Of a DNA stretch of 64,000 nt, positions 1-13,527 are shown in pieces (the first letter of the stretch is position 1; each line of letters starts with the position of its first letter). Under the pieces are notes generated by a model. That model saw only the letters and a list, made by a program, of their open reading frames with translations. It made no database searches and was not told the origin of the DNA. Made by a program: the position numbers and the translations under genes. Source of the DNA: Octopus sinensis (Eukaryota); contig NC_043015.1 in assembly GCF_006345805.1 (NCBI RefSeq), positions 20,026,001 through 20,090,000 on the forward strand. The letters are read 5' to 3'.

Positions 1-1859
1 ACCACTCTGAGAGTGTAATGGGTGCTTTTACATGCCATATGCATGACACCAGTATCTACCATGACTTTGATTTTGCTCAGCTTGAAGGGTCTTCTCAAGC
101 ATGACATAATGCCAAAGGTCTTGGTCAATGCCTCTATGAGGCCCAATGTTTGAAAGGAACTCAGCTACCTCACCTCTGTGAGGCCCAACACTCAAAAGGA
201 ATTCAGCCACCTCGCCTCAGTGAGGCCCATTTGAAAGGAACTCAGCCACTTTGCTGTTAGAATATTTTGTGTAATGAAGAAGTATAAACAATTTGTTACA
301 GATAAATTTTAACAAAATCTTATATGGAAACAAGTTGGGAAATACTGAATTAGAACATTCTGCTTGAATGTAAATGGTGGTTTTAGAGGATAATCTATTT
401 GTGAATATATTAAATTTCGGCTGTGCTTTGGTGCTTAGTGCAATTTCCAGAAACAGATGGACTGAAACAAATTAAGAACAACTAAAAAGCAGATCAAGTG
501 CAGGTTTGTGTTCAGAGTTTGCAACTAATATCATCATCATCGTGATCATTTAGTGTCCATATTCCATGCAGGCCTGGGTTGGATGGTTCAACGGGATTTG
601 ACTGGCCACAGGTAATATTGACCTAAATGTTGTGACTATAACAATCAAAACAAGGACCCTAATCCAAATATCATTATCATTTTAACATCTACTTTTTCAT
701 TCATGGGTCAGAATTCACTGACTGCCAGATGCCTTCCCTTTTTTGGCAAGGTTTCTATGGTTGGACACCCTTCCTAATACCAACCACTTTTCAGAGTTTA
801 CTCTTCTTTTTGATAACTACATATAGCCATCTGAAATGAGTCTAAGGCCCTGTCCATCAGTTGTTAGATATATTCATGCATGTGGACACAATCAGGATGC
901 CTGCTGCATCCCTTCCTGCTGGTCACAGCTTCATAGTTTCCATTACAGCTGTCCATGTCACATCTTACAGCTTTTATAATGTTCACAGAGCATCATCATT
1001 ATCGTTTAACATCCGCCTTCCATGCTGGCATGGGTTGGACGGTTTGACAGGAGCCTGCACCAGCCTTCTTAAAGAAACAAGATCTGCACTGTTTTTTTCT
1101 TTCGGGTGGAGGTGGGTGGGGGAATCAGGTCATTGAGTTAATTGCCATGTGTTTTAAGAAGTTCTCTTTCCAAGCGTGTGATTTTGGGCCCAATCCTAAC
1201 ATGTGGCACATTGGTCAACTGTCTTCTCCTTTAGCCCTAAAACCAACACACTGCTTTTACTGACTTACCTTAATATGTACACTAAATGAAGTCAGATTTT
1301 TATCAGTCAATGGTTTATACAAGATGTTTGGGTTAAATTTGATGATTTTTACTATGTTCCCTTGAAAAAAAATTTGAGTAAGGTCATTGCCAGTGCCACT
1401 GGACTGGCTCCTGTGCAGGTGGCATGTAAAAACACCATTTGAGCATGGCCGTTGCCCATACCGCCAAACTGGCCCTTGTGCTGGTGGCATGTAAAAGCAC
1501 CCACTACGCTCTCGGAGTGGTTGGTGTTAGGCAGGGCATCCAGCCATAAGAACCATGCCAAATCAGACAGTCTGGTGCAGACTCCTGTCAAATCGTCCAG
1601 CCCATGCTAGCATAGAAGGCGGATGCTAAATGATGATGATGATTATCTGTGAACACTGTAAAAGCTGTGAGATGTGACATGGACAGCTGTAATGGAGACT
1701 ATGAAGCTGTGACCAGTAGGAAGGAATACAGGAGGCATCCTGATAGCGTCCACATGCACAAATACATCCAACAACTGGACAGGGCCTTACATTCATTTTA
1801 GATGGCTATATGTAGCTGCAGGAGACTGTAGTCAAATCCTGGCTGGAGAGGTTTGCTGC

Positions 1860-2150
1860 TGGAAGACCATATGTGTGGCAGCAGGATTTGACTCTTTGAC
1901 ATATCTCTAGAAAGAGTCAAGTGTTGTTGGAGAATTTCTACAACTTCACCGGCCCCAATTTCTGGTCTCCTAATTCCCCTGATTATAATCTCCTGGATTA
2001 TTATGTGTGGGGCACAGTTGACAAAGACACCAGCCACTCTCCTAGCGACACCAAGGCCAAGATCAAGGAGGTGTTTGAAGATCTTTCCAGGGACACACTG
2101 AGGAATGCATGCACAAGGTTCTGGAGCCATTTTAAGGCCACTCATTGATA
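1860..2150 (+). mobile_element. Tc1/mariner superfamily (maT/DD37D-like) transposase fragment
   Basis: RPYVWQQD...ENFYNFTGPNFWSPNSPDYNLLDYYVWG...RNACTRFWSH. Confidence 0.7.
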
Positions 2151-3999
2151 CTTTGGGACTTACCCCACTGCCCAGAACTGCTGGCCTTGTACCAAAATTT
2201 GAAACCATCATTATTATTTATAAGGTTGGGGAGCTGGCAGAATCATTAGCATGCTGGGCAAAAATGATTTTCATCTGTCTTTTTGTTCCGTGTTCAAATT
2301 CCTCTGAGGTCAACTTTGCCTTTCAACATATCAGGGTCAGTAAATTAAGTACCAGTGAAACACTAGGGTCAATGTAATCAACTAGACCCTTTCCTCTAAA
2401 AAATTTCAGGCTCCCCCACACACATCTTTTGTAGAAAGAATTATTATTAATATTATTATTAGTAGTAGTAGTAGTGGTATGTTTAGGCAATACTGCTTTG
2501 TACTGGCATTGTGATACTATTATAAAGACATTGTTTAAAAGTGCCATTATCACTAAAAGTAAGACTTTTAAATACCAATAAAAATGTTATAAGCAGCTCA
2601 TGAAAATTCCAGACATTTGCCAACTCTTGTCCTGAAAAATCTCTTATCAAAGCAGGCAATGACTAAGGCCTTTGGTATTATGTCATGCTTGAGAAGACGA
2701 CCCATCAAGCCGAGCAAAATCGCAGTTGTGGCAGATACAGTGTCATGTAAAAGCACCCATTATACTCTCAGAGAGGTTGGCGTTAGGAATGGTATCCAGC
2801 CATGGAAAAGCATGCCAAATCAGACTGGAGTCTGGTGCAGCTTGCCAGCCCAGTCAAACCGTCCAACCCAAGGACAACGGGTGTTAAATAAAGATGATGA
2901 TTTTATAAATATATATACATATATATATATATTGCAATAATCATAACAAATACAAAAATAAAATACAAAATATTTTATTACAAAAACTTATAAAGATACT
3001 TTTTTTCAAACGTTTCATTATTATATATGTGTTCATGTATGTGTGTGTATTACATACATATATATATATATATATATGCATAAATATATATACACATACA
3101 TATATATATATGTCTGTATAGCTATGTACAAATTTAGACAGAACGATATAAAAAGAAAACCACAATTGCAAGTCTACATTTCACAAAAGTGAATGTTTTA
3201 AAAAAAAAAAAGAATTTCTAAGAAATTAATATTTATTTTTTTGTTAATTTTAATTGAAATTTAATTTTTTATTTTATCATATTAACCTCATATGTGATAC
3301 CAGACTAAGACCATCTCTGGCCTTATGATACAAATTCCTATTCAAAATGCTTTGCATTAAAACCTTTCATTGAAATATCATGAATTTATATTTCCCAAAC
3401 TAAGGTAAGAATTATTTTCATAAACTCCTCTTTAATTTCAAAATTAATTGAAGTAAAAACAGTTTATTTCAAGAGGAATATGGTAAAAGAAGAGCTAAAA
3501 GGAGGTAGGAACAAAATTTATATAATATCTGAATTTTTTTCAAAGAAATATATAATTGATACAAAGATGAAGTGGGTTGATAATGACCTGGCCAAGTCTA
3601 TAGCATTGACCTGTTAGTTTCAGTGTTTTGTACAAGTTCTAAAGAGAGGAGGTCGGATGAAATATATTAAAGGTGCCAACAGGAGAGGGGGGTGTCTATG
3701 GCAAAAATGATTAATTTTCCAAAGAACTGTTTTGCAATACTTTTTAAAAACAGGAATCGACCAGTAGTTTGGTACTTTTTTTTTTTACTTATTTCAATAA
3801 CTGAATCATGACCATGCTGGAGCACTACCTTGAAGGGGTTTTAGTTGAGCAAATCATCCCTACCCCCACTAGTACTTATTCTGTTGGCCTCTTATGTTGA
3901 ACCACTAAGTTATGGGAACATAAACAAACTAACACCAGTTGTCAAGCAGTGGTGGAGGACAAATACACACACACACATGTATATGTGTGTGTGTGTATG

Positions 4000-4038
<39 letters not shown>

Positions 4039-5657
4039 TCTTCCACATATTTTCCCCTTGCCAAGGCTTTCGCCAGTCCAGGGGTGATAGAAGACTCTTG
4101 CCCAAGGTGCTAACCACACAGCTATGGCTCCAATGAGGAAAACCCTCTGGTCCTGTGATACAAAGACCCTACCCCACCCATTTTTAAATATTTCACATTA
4201 AAATTCAAAACTCCCGTCACAATTTCAAGTTATGTTCCAAACGCATCAATTTAACAATGAATAAATTTTGTTAAATCCCATCCACCAAATTTCTCGTTAT
4301 TCTCAAAATTAATTCTAACACTCTTTGGTACAATGACACAAGACCCCAACACACCCCATCAAATGTTTATATCAAAATTAAAACCTCCTGTTAAAATTTC
4401 AAGCATTATTTCAATCATATCAGCTTAATAACGAAAAAGCCATTTTGTTAAATTTCCATTCTCCAAACCTATTTTTTCATTTTTGCTTTCCTTCAAAATT
4501 AACTGAAAATACTTTTCCTAAGAAATATGTCAAGAAAAGATTTTTTTAAAAATCAAGGGAAAGTATACTTTCATTTAAGTTGGTATCAAAAGTGCTAAGT
4601 AAATATCTCAGGTTGTTTTGTTTATTGTTTATCGTCTTCATCATCATTTAATGTCTGTTGTCCATGCTTCCAGCGTGCCAGCCCAGTCAAACCGTCCAGC
4701 CCATGGCAGCATAGACAACAGACGTTAAATGATGATAGTAAACAATAAGCAAGACATCCTGAGATATTTACTTAGCATTTTCAATACCAACTTACATGAA
4801 AGTATCCTTTCCCTTGGTCCCAAGACACAAATCCCGCCATTAAATATATTCTCCGTACCTTCTTCTGCCTTGTTCTTTGATTAAAATTCAACTCATCTCA
4901 CCATTTAGCTAGTAATGATTATCTCCCTTACAATAACTGGCCAAGGAAAATAGAATTTCGTTGGAATGGTTAAAAGGAAAATAATGGGTGTTGAAAAAAA
5001 CCAAAAAACTATGAATATAGTATAATATATTATACATTTCACTTTTGACTTTGTCTAAAGAATATTTGCAACTTTTTTGCTTGTTTTTGTTTCATTGATT
5101 GGAAGTTAAAATCTGCATTTATTAAAAGAAAAAAATTATTTTTTAATCTGGAAGATTAAAAAAAAACAAAAAACAAACGATATAACCTAATGAGAACTAA
5201 AGTATTTCAAATACAAAATAAGACTTAAAACTATGGTGGTTGAGTGGTGGGGTGTGTGAGGTTTTACTATTTTTTTGTGAAAATATTTGAAGGAAACATT
5301 TTATCTTGTCTTAAAATAGACATGATCTAGAGAATATATTCAAAAGGATGGAGGCAAAAAGAACAAAAAAAAATGAATTAAAAAGTGACGTGTGTGTGTG
5401 TGTATATATATATGGACAAACAATATAGCTGAGGGAAGAAAAAAGACTTAGATTCCTGGCTATTTTAGATGTTTGGGATTTTTAAAAAATTTCAAAAATT
5501 ATTACAAAATAGAATATTTAAAGAATCTTGTTAAATCTATGTTTGTGTTTGATAGGTATTTCTTCAAATGAGAAATAAAATAGAAAGAATCATACTACAA
5601 ATTTACTAAGCAACAGATTATACAAAAATATTCTTTGGAAAAAAATATAGCTTAGAT

Positions 5658-5760
5658 CTACAGTTGAAACATTTTTATGTACAAAATGGTTAAAATTACA
5701 AGAATCCAACTTATTCTGGAAGAAGCAGCACCACCAATTCGGCATTTCAATGTATCATAC
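5658..5760 (-). CDS. GPR158/179-like protein, last coding exon (GPI-signal-like tail)
   Basis: Acceptor ttcttttttag, phase 2. Encodes YDTLKCRIGGAASSRISWILVILTILYIKMFQL*. The seven exons sum to 2655 nt = 884 aa + stop. Confidence 0.85.
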
Positions 5761-7692
5761 CTAAAAAAGAAATAAAACAGAAAAACAATCATAAATGTTA
5801 GTGATGGCATGAACATCACAACTCTCCTCTCATCCTCGAAGTTAAATGGGCGGATAACTTGCATCCCAAAAGATGAAGCAACTTCCCTGAAGCTCGCTTC
5901 CCAAATGCATGGTTTTGGTTTCAAACCCCACTGCATGGCACCTTGAGCACTTGTCTCCAATAGCTCCAAGGTGACCAATGCCTTGTGAGTGAATTTGGTA
6001 AATGGAAACTGAAAGAAGCCTGTTGTATAAGTGTATATATACATGCGTCGTCGTTTAACATCTGCTTTCCATGCTGGCATAGGTTGGATGGTTTGACAGG
6101 ACTGGCAAGCTAGAAGGCTGCACCAGGCTCCAATCTGATCTGGCAAAGTTTCTACAGCTGGATGCCCTTCCTAACGCCAACCACTCCAAGAGTGTAGTGG
6201 GTGCTTTTACATGCCACCGGCACGAGGGCCAGTCAGACATTACTGGCAATGACCAAGCTCAAAAGGTGTTTTTTACATGCCACCTGCACGGGAGACAGTC
6301 CAGTGGCATTGGCAACGACCACGCTCGAATGTTGGGCAGTGTTAATAACTTCGCATTAAAATTCAATACTCAAATGCTTCAAAGAAAAGCATTAATTGAG
6401 CAGAGAGGATAATGTGAAATTACATAAATGATGAGAGAAAAGGAAATTACACAATGAATTTCATTAGCTCACAGCTGTTTCTGCTATGAGATGCAGAGCA
6501 GTCATAACTAAGTGCTTGTACGTCACATTTACAGCTTCAGTGGAGCTTCTAAAATGAAGTACAAGTTTATTTGGGGAATCATTTATATTTGCATCTTACA
6601 GCAGAAACAACTGTAAGCTATTGAAACTTATTAACTAGTTTCCTGTTTCCTTGTCATTTATTTAATTTCACACACACAAACAATCTGCATGTGTGTGTGT
6701 TGTAACTTCACATCGTGAGATAGTTGTAACTAAGTGTCACCATTCTATAAGCAGTGTTCTGGGAAAACAGATCTGGCCAGGAGGAAATATTACCTCACTT
6801 GCAGACAGGCAGGAGTTGGCAACAAGAAAGAACAACTGGGTGTAGAACATCTACCTCAACACATTCCTTCGTTCTGACCCATGCAAACTTGAAGAAGTAG
6901 ATGTTAAAATGATGATGGCAACAATGATAAGCATATGTGGCTGTGTGGTTAGAAGCTTGCTTACCAACCACCTGATTCTAGGCTCATACACTTGCCCAAA
7001 CTGTGTGGCACCTTGAGCAAGTGTCTTCTACTAAAGCCTTGAGCCAACCAAAGCCTTATGAGTGGATTTGGTAGATGGAAACTGAAAGAAGGCCATCATA
7101 TATGTGTGTGCGTGTATGTTTGTTTGTTCCCCACCATCTCTTTTCAACTGGTGTTGGTGTTTTTATCTCCCCATGTCTTAGCAGTTTGGCAATAGAGATC
7201 AATAGAATAAGTACCGAACTTTTAAAGGGGAAGTACTGGGGTCAACCAAAAAAACTTAAGATTCTTGAAGGTGATGCCCCAGCATGGCCACAGTCTACGG
7301 ACTAAAACAAGATAAAAGATAACATATTCATAAACCTGAAATATATCTGATTAAATCTAACTCAATGCTAAATCCCCTTCTGTGTCTGATTTGGCGTGAT
7401 TCTTATGGCTGGATGCCCTTCCTAACACCAACCACTCCGAGAGTGTAGTGGGTGCTTTTACGTGCCACCGGCACAAGGGCCAGTCAGGCGGTACGGGCAA
7501 TGGCCACGCTCAAATGGTGTTTATGATGCCTTTACTCCCATGCATCCCCTTTTATGAGATTCTGAAGAGAATTATGGGTAGGGCACTGCTCTTCATTCTC
7601 AGACAAAGCCTTTTTTATATTTTTTTTACCATACAGCTCAAAACATATTTTACCCATTTCTATTTTTGTTGTAGCAAAAATACTGATCTTAC

Positions 7693-7850
7693 CTGTTTGG
7701 CTCATTGTTCATCTTTTTCTTGTATTCATCAACCATTGTCTGACCGTTGTAATACCACTGCAGGTCCTTAAATGGGTATTCATAGCCCTGCTTACATTCA
7801 CATTTGTAGGAACCTTCTTGGAATTTCAAATGGGATTGCAATGGAACACA
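7693..7850 (-). CDS. GPR158/179-like protein, coding exon 6 (EGF-like segment 2)
   Basis: Acceptor ctgtttccag and donor AG|GTAAGA. 158 nt, phase 0 to 2. Encodes CVPLQSHLKFQEGSYKCECKQGYEYPFKDLQWYYNGQTMVDEYKKKMNNEPN(R), paralogous to exon 3. Confidence 0.9.
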
Positions 7851-9084
7851 CTGGAAACAGAAAGAATTAACTCTTATTGCATCATATTGTTTCTGATCAA
7901 AATCACCGAAAAATATTTAAAAACAAAAATATAGAACAATAAAGAACTAGGAATCTAAAATAGATCATAAAGGCAAATAAAAATAATTAGTGATCCAAAC
8001 ATGATCAATGCGAGGGCTGCCTGACTGGTTCCTGTGCCCATGGCATGTAAAAAACACTCACTACACTCTCAGAGTGATTGGCATTAGGAAGGGCATCCAG
8101 CTGTAGAAACATTGCCAGATCAGATTGGAGCCTGGTGCAGCTGCTAGCTTTCCAGACCTCAGTCAAACCGTTCAACTCATGCCAGCAAGGAAAATTGATG
8201 TATGATGATGACAGCACATCTACAAGAGATGTTATTTGGAGAAAAACTGCAGCATCTTGCCTGTCAAGGGTGTATTAATATAAAGTATGACACGTAGATG
8301 GCTGTTTTAATTTTATGCTTTAATTGCATACACTGAGTTTTGATTCAGCTCAATGGCTATTTGCAATATCAGTGAACGTATTATTAACTGTTTACTATAT
8401 TGGATGAAAAAAAAATCTTATCTAGGAGTGTGACATGTCATTGACAAAACCAATAAGGCTAAAATATATTCCTGTGTTCTCTCCAGCTGCTGCCACAATG
8501 ATTTTTCATCTTTCGTTGAGGTATATATATACACTCATATGTGTATGTGTGCTTGTAAGTGCAGGTTGTGTAATAAGAAGCTTGCTTCCCAACCACATGG
8601 TTCTAGGTTCAGTCCCATTAAACCACTGGATAGCACCTTGGACAAGTGTCTTCTACTATAGCCTCGGGCTGACCAAAGTCTTGTAGGTGGATTTGCTAGA
8701 CGGAAACTGAAAGAAGCCTGTTGTGTGTGTGTATGTGTGTATTTTCAGTTAAATCAAGGATATAAAAACTTCTTAAAGGGATGTCAGCATCCAATTTGCT
8801 GGATTTCAGATAAGTGCTCTTAATATGAGGGATGTCTAAAACCTTGAAGTTATTTAGTGATTCAATTAGAGCGATTACGTATTAGAAAGTAAAAGCAGGA
8901 AAAATTACATCATAAAAATCACAATAGAGACATGTCCATAATATGAATAATATTGTATAAATAAATAAATAAAGTATAGCTATGATTATTTAAAAAGGTT
9001 TGAAATGTCTTACGATATCTTATAATCATAGTTATCCCTGTGATTTTTATGATGTAATTTTTCCTGCTTTTACGTTCTAATATG

Positions 9085-9290
9085 ATAGTAGTCCACTTGT
9101 GACTGAGGAAGACCATTGCTGACCTTCAGGAATATTGTGCGCTCTAGGACTAACTTATGTTTTGCATTTGTGACTCCGTTGGTGGCTAATGAGCCCTGCT
9201 CTTGACAAGTATACACGACTGCAAACATTGCAAACCAAGCTTAAGTCCTTCATAAAGAATACGTACTCTCTCAAAAGTGTCGCCCCCCTC
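9085..9290 (-). mobile_element. RTE-like LINE 3' terminal fragment
   Basis: LVCNVCSRVYLSRAGLISHQRSHKCKT* followed by a short 3' UTR-like tail. Confidence 0.55.
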
Positions 9291-10656
9291 CCCCCACCTT
9301 AACCTGCTTCCTCCATCTGTGGTGATTACAGGCATTGTTCTCCCCATCAGTCTCCTGCATATCACAGGCCTTTAATGGGGACTTGACTTGAAGGACTTGA
9401 GGACTTCTAATATATATATATATATATGATACCTGTGCTGGTGGCACGTAAAAAGCACTATCCAAAAGTGGCTGATGCCATCAACGCCATGACTGGCTTC
9501 CGTGCCGGTGGCACATAAAAAGCACCAACCGATTGTGGCCGTTGCCAGCCTCCTCTGGCCCCTGTGCCAGTGGCACATAAAAAGCACCCACTACACTGAT
9601 GGAGTGGTTGGCATTAGGAAGGGCATTCAGCTGTAGAAACACTGCCAGATCAGACTGGAGCCTGGTGCAACCTCCTGGCTTGCCAGACCCCGGCTGAACC
9701 ATCCAACCCATGCTAGCATGGAAAACGGACGTTAAATGATGATGATGATATATATATGAAAAGGAGACAAAAAGTTGTCCTAGAAACAAGTGAGACACTT
9801 GTCTTGGCAGCAACTATCGAGACACTTGTCCAATGTTCCATACAATGGGACTGAATCCAGAATCACATGGTTGGTAAGCAAACACTACTTAACAATCCAG
9901 TCATGCACAATCTAAATACAAACTTACAAAGCTCACAGATATGTATCAACTCTATAATGAACAGAATCCAAAGAGACTTATGTAGTTTGTATTGAAAAGA
10001 CTTGAGTAATTTAGTACAATCAACAGAAAGAGTGCAGTGAACTTGCTGTGGGGGAATGGAAAATCCAACATTTCGGATTGAGTTCTTCTTTATAAAAAAG
10101 TTGACTGAAGAGGAATTCAAGAAAGAGAGCAGAGCTTTACATCCTCTCTCAATACTGCAACTTCTCTAAACTCTTTTTGTCAATTTTACCATGTAAGGAA
10201 CAGACTTATGCACAGATGGAAAGTATCACAAATAATAGAAAAACTACACAGAAGCTAAAACACACACACACATACACACTTATGTTAACTCTTTTGATAC
10301 CAACCCACATGAGTTCACCCCTGCTGGTTCTATGATACAAACTCCCCGTTTTAAAGTGATCTAAGTCAAAGACTTCCATCTAAATTCCTTGTTAATTCAT
10401 GTTCCAAACACCAGCTTAATAACGACCAAGTTATTTTACTAAATTCTTCATTATTTTCAAAATTAATTGAGATAAAATCAGAATATCTCAACAGAAATAT
10501 AACAAAATGGTTAACAAACGTCTATAACAATGAACCTACAAAAAACACACAACATATGTATTGTATATACAAATGCTGGCACCGGTGATACTAAAGATGG
10601 TGATTCTGCTATCAATAATATTAATTTGCTAGCATCACGTAAAATAAATGTCTTAC

Positions 10657-10774
10657 ATATGTGCTCTCATAGTCACAACGAGCAGTGTTCTTGAAGGCGT
10701 TGGCAACATAAAAATCAGCAGGGCACTGGTCTACATCCAAATGTTTGATGTCAACATCAACTGTGACAACTCCC
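10657..10774 (-). CDS. GPR158/179-like protein, coding exon 5
   Basis: Acceptor cttaatttcag and donor |GTAAGA. 118 nt, phase 2 to 0. Encodes (K)GVVTVDVDIKHLDVDQCPADFYVANAFKNTARCDYESTY, clearly paralogous to exon 2. Confidence 0.9.
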
Positions 10775-13527
10775 CTGAAATTAAGAAAAAAAAGGTGTGG
10801 AAAATATTAGTAAATGATATATATAACAAGGGTTGAACTGAAGAGGTGAGGAGGAAGAGAGTGAAAAGATTAGTTGAAATATACTTATAGATTAACTAGA
10901 AGAGCAATACAGATTAGTAAGGAGCTGCGAATAAATAAGGTAGATAGGTATAGACTAGTAAGAATGAGCTGTAGATTAGTAAAAGTGACAATAAAGATTA
11001 GCAAAAAAGTAAGTACAGAATAGCAAGAAGGAAGAATAGATTAGCAAGAATATGGATGCGTGAACTAGATTAGCAAGAACATACAAGCGTGATCATTGCC
11101 AGAGCAACAAGCTGGCCTCCATGCCAATGGCATGTAAAAAGCACCATTTGAGTGTGATTGTTACCTGCATCACCTTACTGGCACTAATGCTGGTGGCATG
11201 TGAAAAAACATTCGAGCGAGGTCGTTGCCAGTGCTGCTGGACTGGCTCCTGTGCAGGTGGCACATAAAAAGCAACATTTGAGCATGGCCGCAGCCAGTAC
11301 TACCTGACTGGCCCTTGTGCCGGCGGCACGTAAAATCACTCACTACATTCTTGGAGTGGTTGGTGTTAGGAAAGGCACCTAGCTGTAGAGACTCTGCCAG
11401 ATCAGATTGGAGCCTGGTGCAGCCATCTGGTTCGCCAGACCTCAGTCAAATCGTCCAACCCATGCTAGCATGGGAAGCAAACGTTAAACGATGATGATGA
11501 TGATGGATATAGATTAGGAAAATTATAAATCAAAATTAGCAATACAGAAAGTATAGATTAGCAAAATCTGGGTTTAGATTAGCAAGACGACAGATATTGA
11601 TTATCAAGGAGCTAGGAATAAAGTAGCAAAAAAAGAGTACTAAAAACTTATTAAAGATAAGAACATAAGAATTAGCAAAAATAATGAAAAAGAAAATCAA
11701 ACATTTAAAAAAAATAATCAAGAATAACAAGAATTTGATGAGATTATTGCTAATCTGTTTTTGTTCTGGGTAGGACTTTAATCAGTATCCAGTAACAGAA
11801 CTTAACCCTAATCCTGGTTCTGGGGTTTTCAAAGTTTTGAAAAGTATGAAACCACTTCTTAACGGCTATTGTCCTTGGGTCAACTCTGATATGAGAGTAG
11901 TAATACTATAAGTTAAACAGCAAGTAACTACCCAAACCAGGTTATTTTGAAATCAATGGACGCAGTATGATGGATGTGAACAAGAAACCAACAGTTAACA
12001 GCCATGATAAACCAGTTCAGTTAGCGAACTACTATCATTATAAGCTGTGGAGTACACAGGTGAGATACTTCAGCTAGCGAAAGAGCAATGTGACTAAAAC
12101 TTGGGTCAGGCATTCGTGCCTAATCACTCGATCAGGTTGTCTGGTGTGGAAGAATTACACATAGGTCTGGGTAGATTGTCCGACCTGGATGGTGAAAATA
12201 TCAGTAGAGACTATCACTGCCAATCACTTGAGACTAATTTGCTACTGCTGTTGTTGTTGTTGTTACTACTACTACTACCACCACCACCACTTCTACTACT
12301 ACAATAATAGCAAGCTTCTACTTTAAGGAATTAGCTACATGACTTCACCACAAAGAAACCATTACTTTTCCTTTCATCACTTTCACTGTTTTGTCACCTG
12401 GTCCCAAGAATTCACTACCCACTCCTATCTTTAATCCTTGACATACTTCAGTCCTTAGACTGCAACCATGCTGGAGCACCACCTTGAAGGGTTTCAGTCA
12501 AACAAATTTACTCAAGTGGTTATTTTCTTTTGAGCCTGGTGCTTGTTCTACTGGTCTCTTTTGCTGCCAAACCACTAAGTGACATAAACAAACCAACACC
12601 AGTTGTCAAGTAATGGTAGGGGACAAATACACACATAAATATACAGGTACACACACACACAATGGGCTTCTTTCAGTTTCCATATACTAAATCTACTCAC
12701 AAGGCTTTGGTCAGCCCAGGGCTATCGTAGAAAACACTAGTCCAAGATGTTGCACAGTGGGACTGAACCTTTGATCACAGGGTTGCAAAGCAAGCTGCTC
12801 ACCCACACAGCCACACCTTGTTACATTTTTTTCTGCAAACATTGACCTACAAATGTTGATACTGAACATCAGCCACATTAATGTCTGCATCATGGGACAA
12901 CCTGAAAAGATCACAGGCACTATTTTGTTGCTTCTGATAAAATGTTTTGTCTTTATTATTCTTTCACTAAAGCGGTGAGCTGGCAGAATCGTTAGCACAC
13001 AGGGCAAAATGCTCAGAGGCATTTCATCTGTCTTTACGTTCTGAGTTCAAATTCCACTGAAGTCAACTTTGCCTTTCATCCTTTTGGGGTCAAATGTGAT
13101 TTTTATTTATGCCCCATAACAAAGCAGTTCAACAGAGACTGATAAGATAAGCACTAAATCTAAAAATAAAAACTGGGGTCTGGATCAATACAATCACTCC
13201 CAAATCCTTCAAAATGGTACCTCCAGCATGGCTGCAGTCCAATAACTGAAAAATGGGAAAGACAGACAAAAAAAATAGCAGAATTGGTTTGAATCATTAC
13301 CATATTTGATGGCATAAAAGACACACAAGTATATTTAAATGCACTTAAACATACTCAATTTTAGCAGCATGTTATGCAAGAGCAAAAAAATTAGTGCGTT
13401 AAAGTGAATGGAAAAACCAACTTTGCACACAGGACCCAGGGTGGTTTTTAAGATATTTGCTTTTGAAACAAAGTGCATCTAATAATCCATCAAATATGGT
13501 AGGTTAATTAGCAAAGAGGCAACTTAC

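Noticed and set aside
9863-10120. 85-aa minus-strand ORF in intron 5
   Set aside because: No motif and no phase-compatible splice sites; exons 5 and 6 already join in frame.
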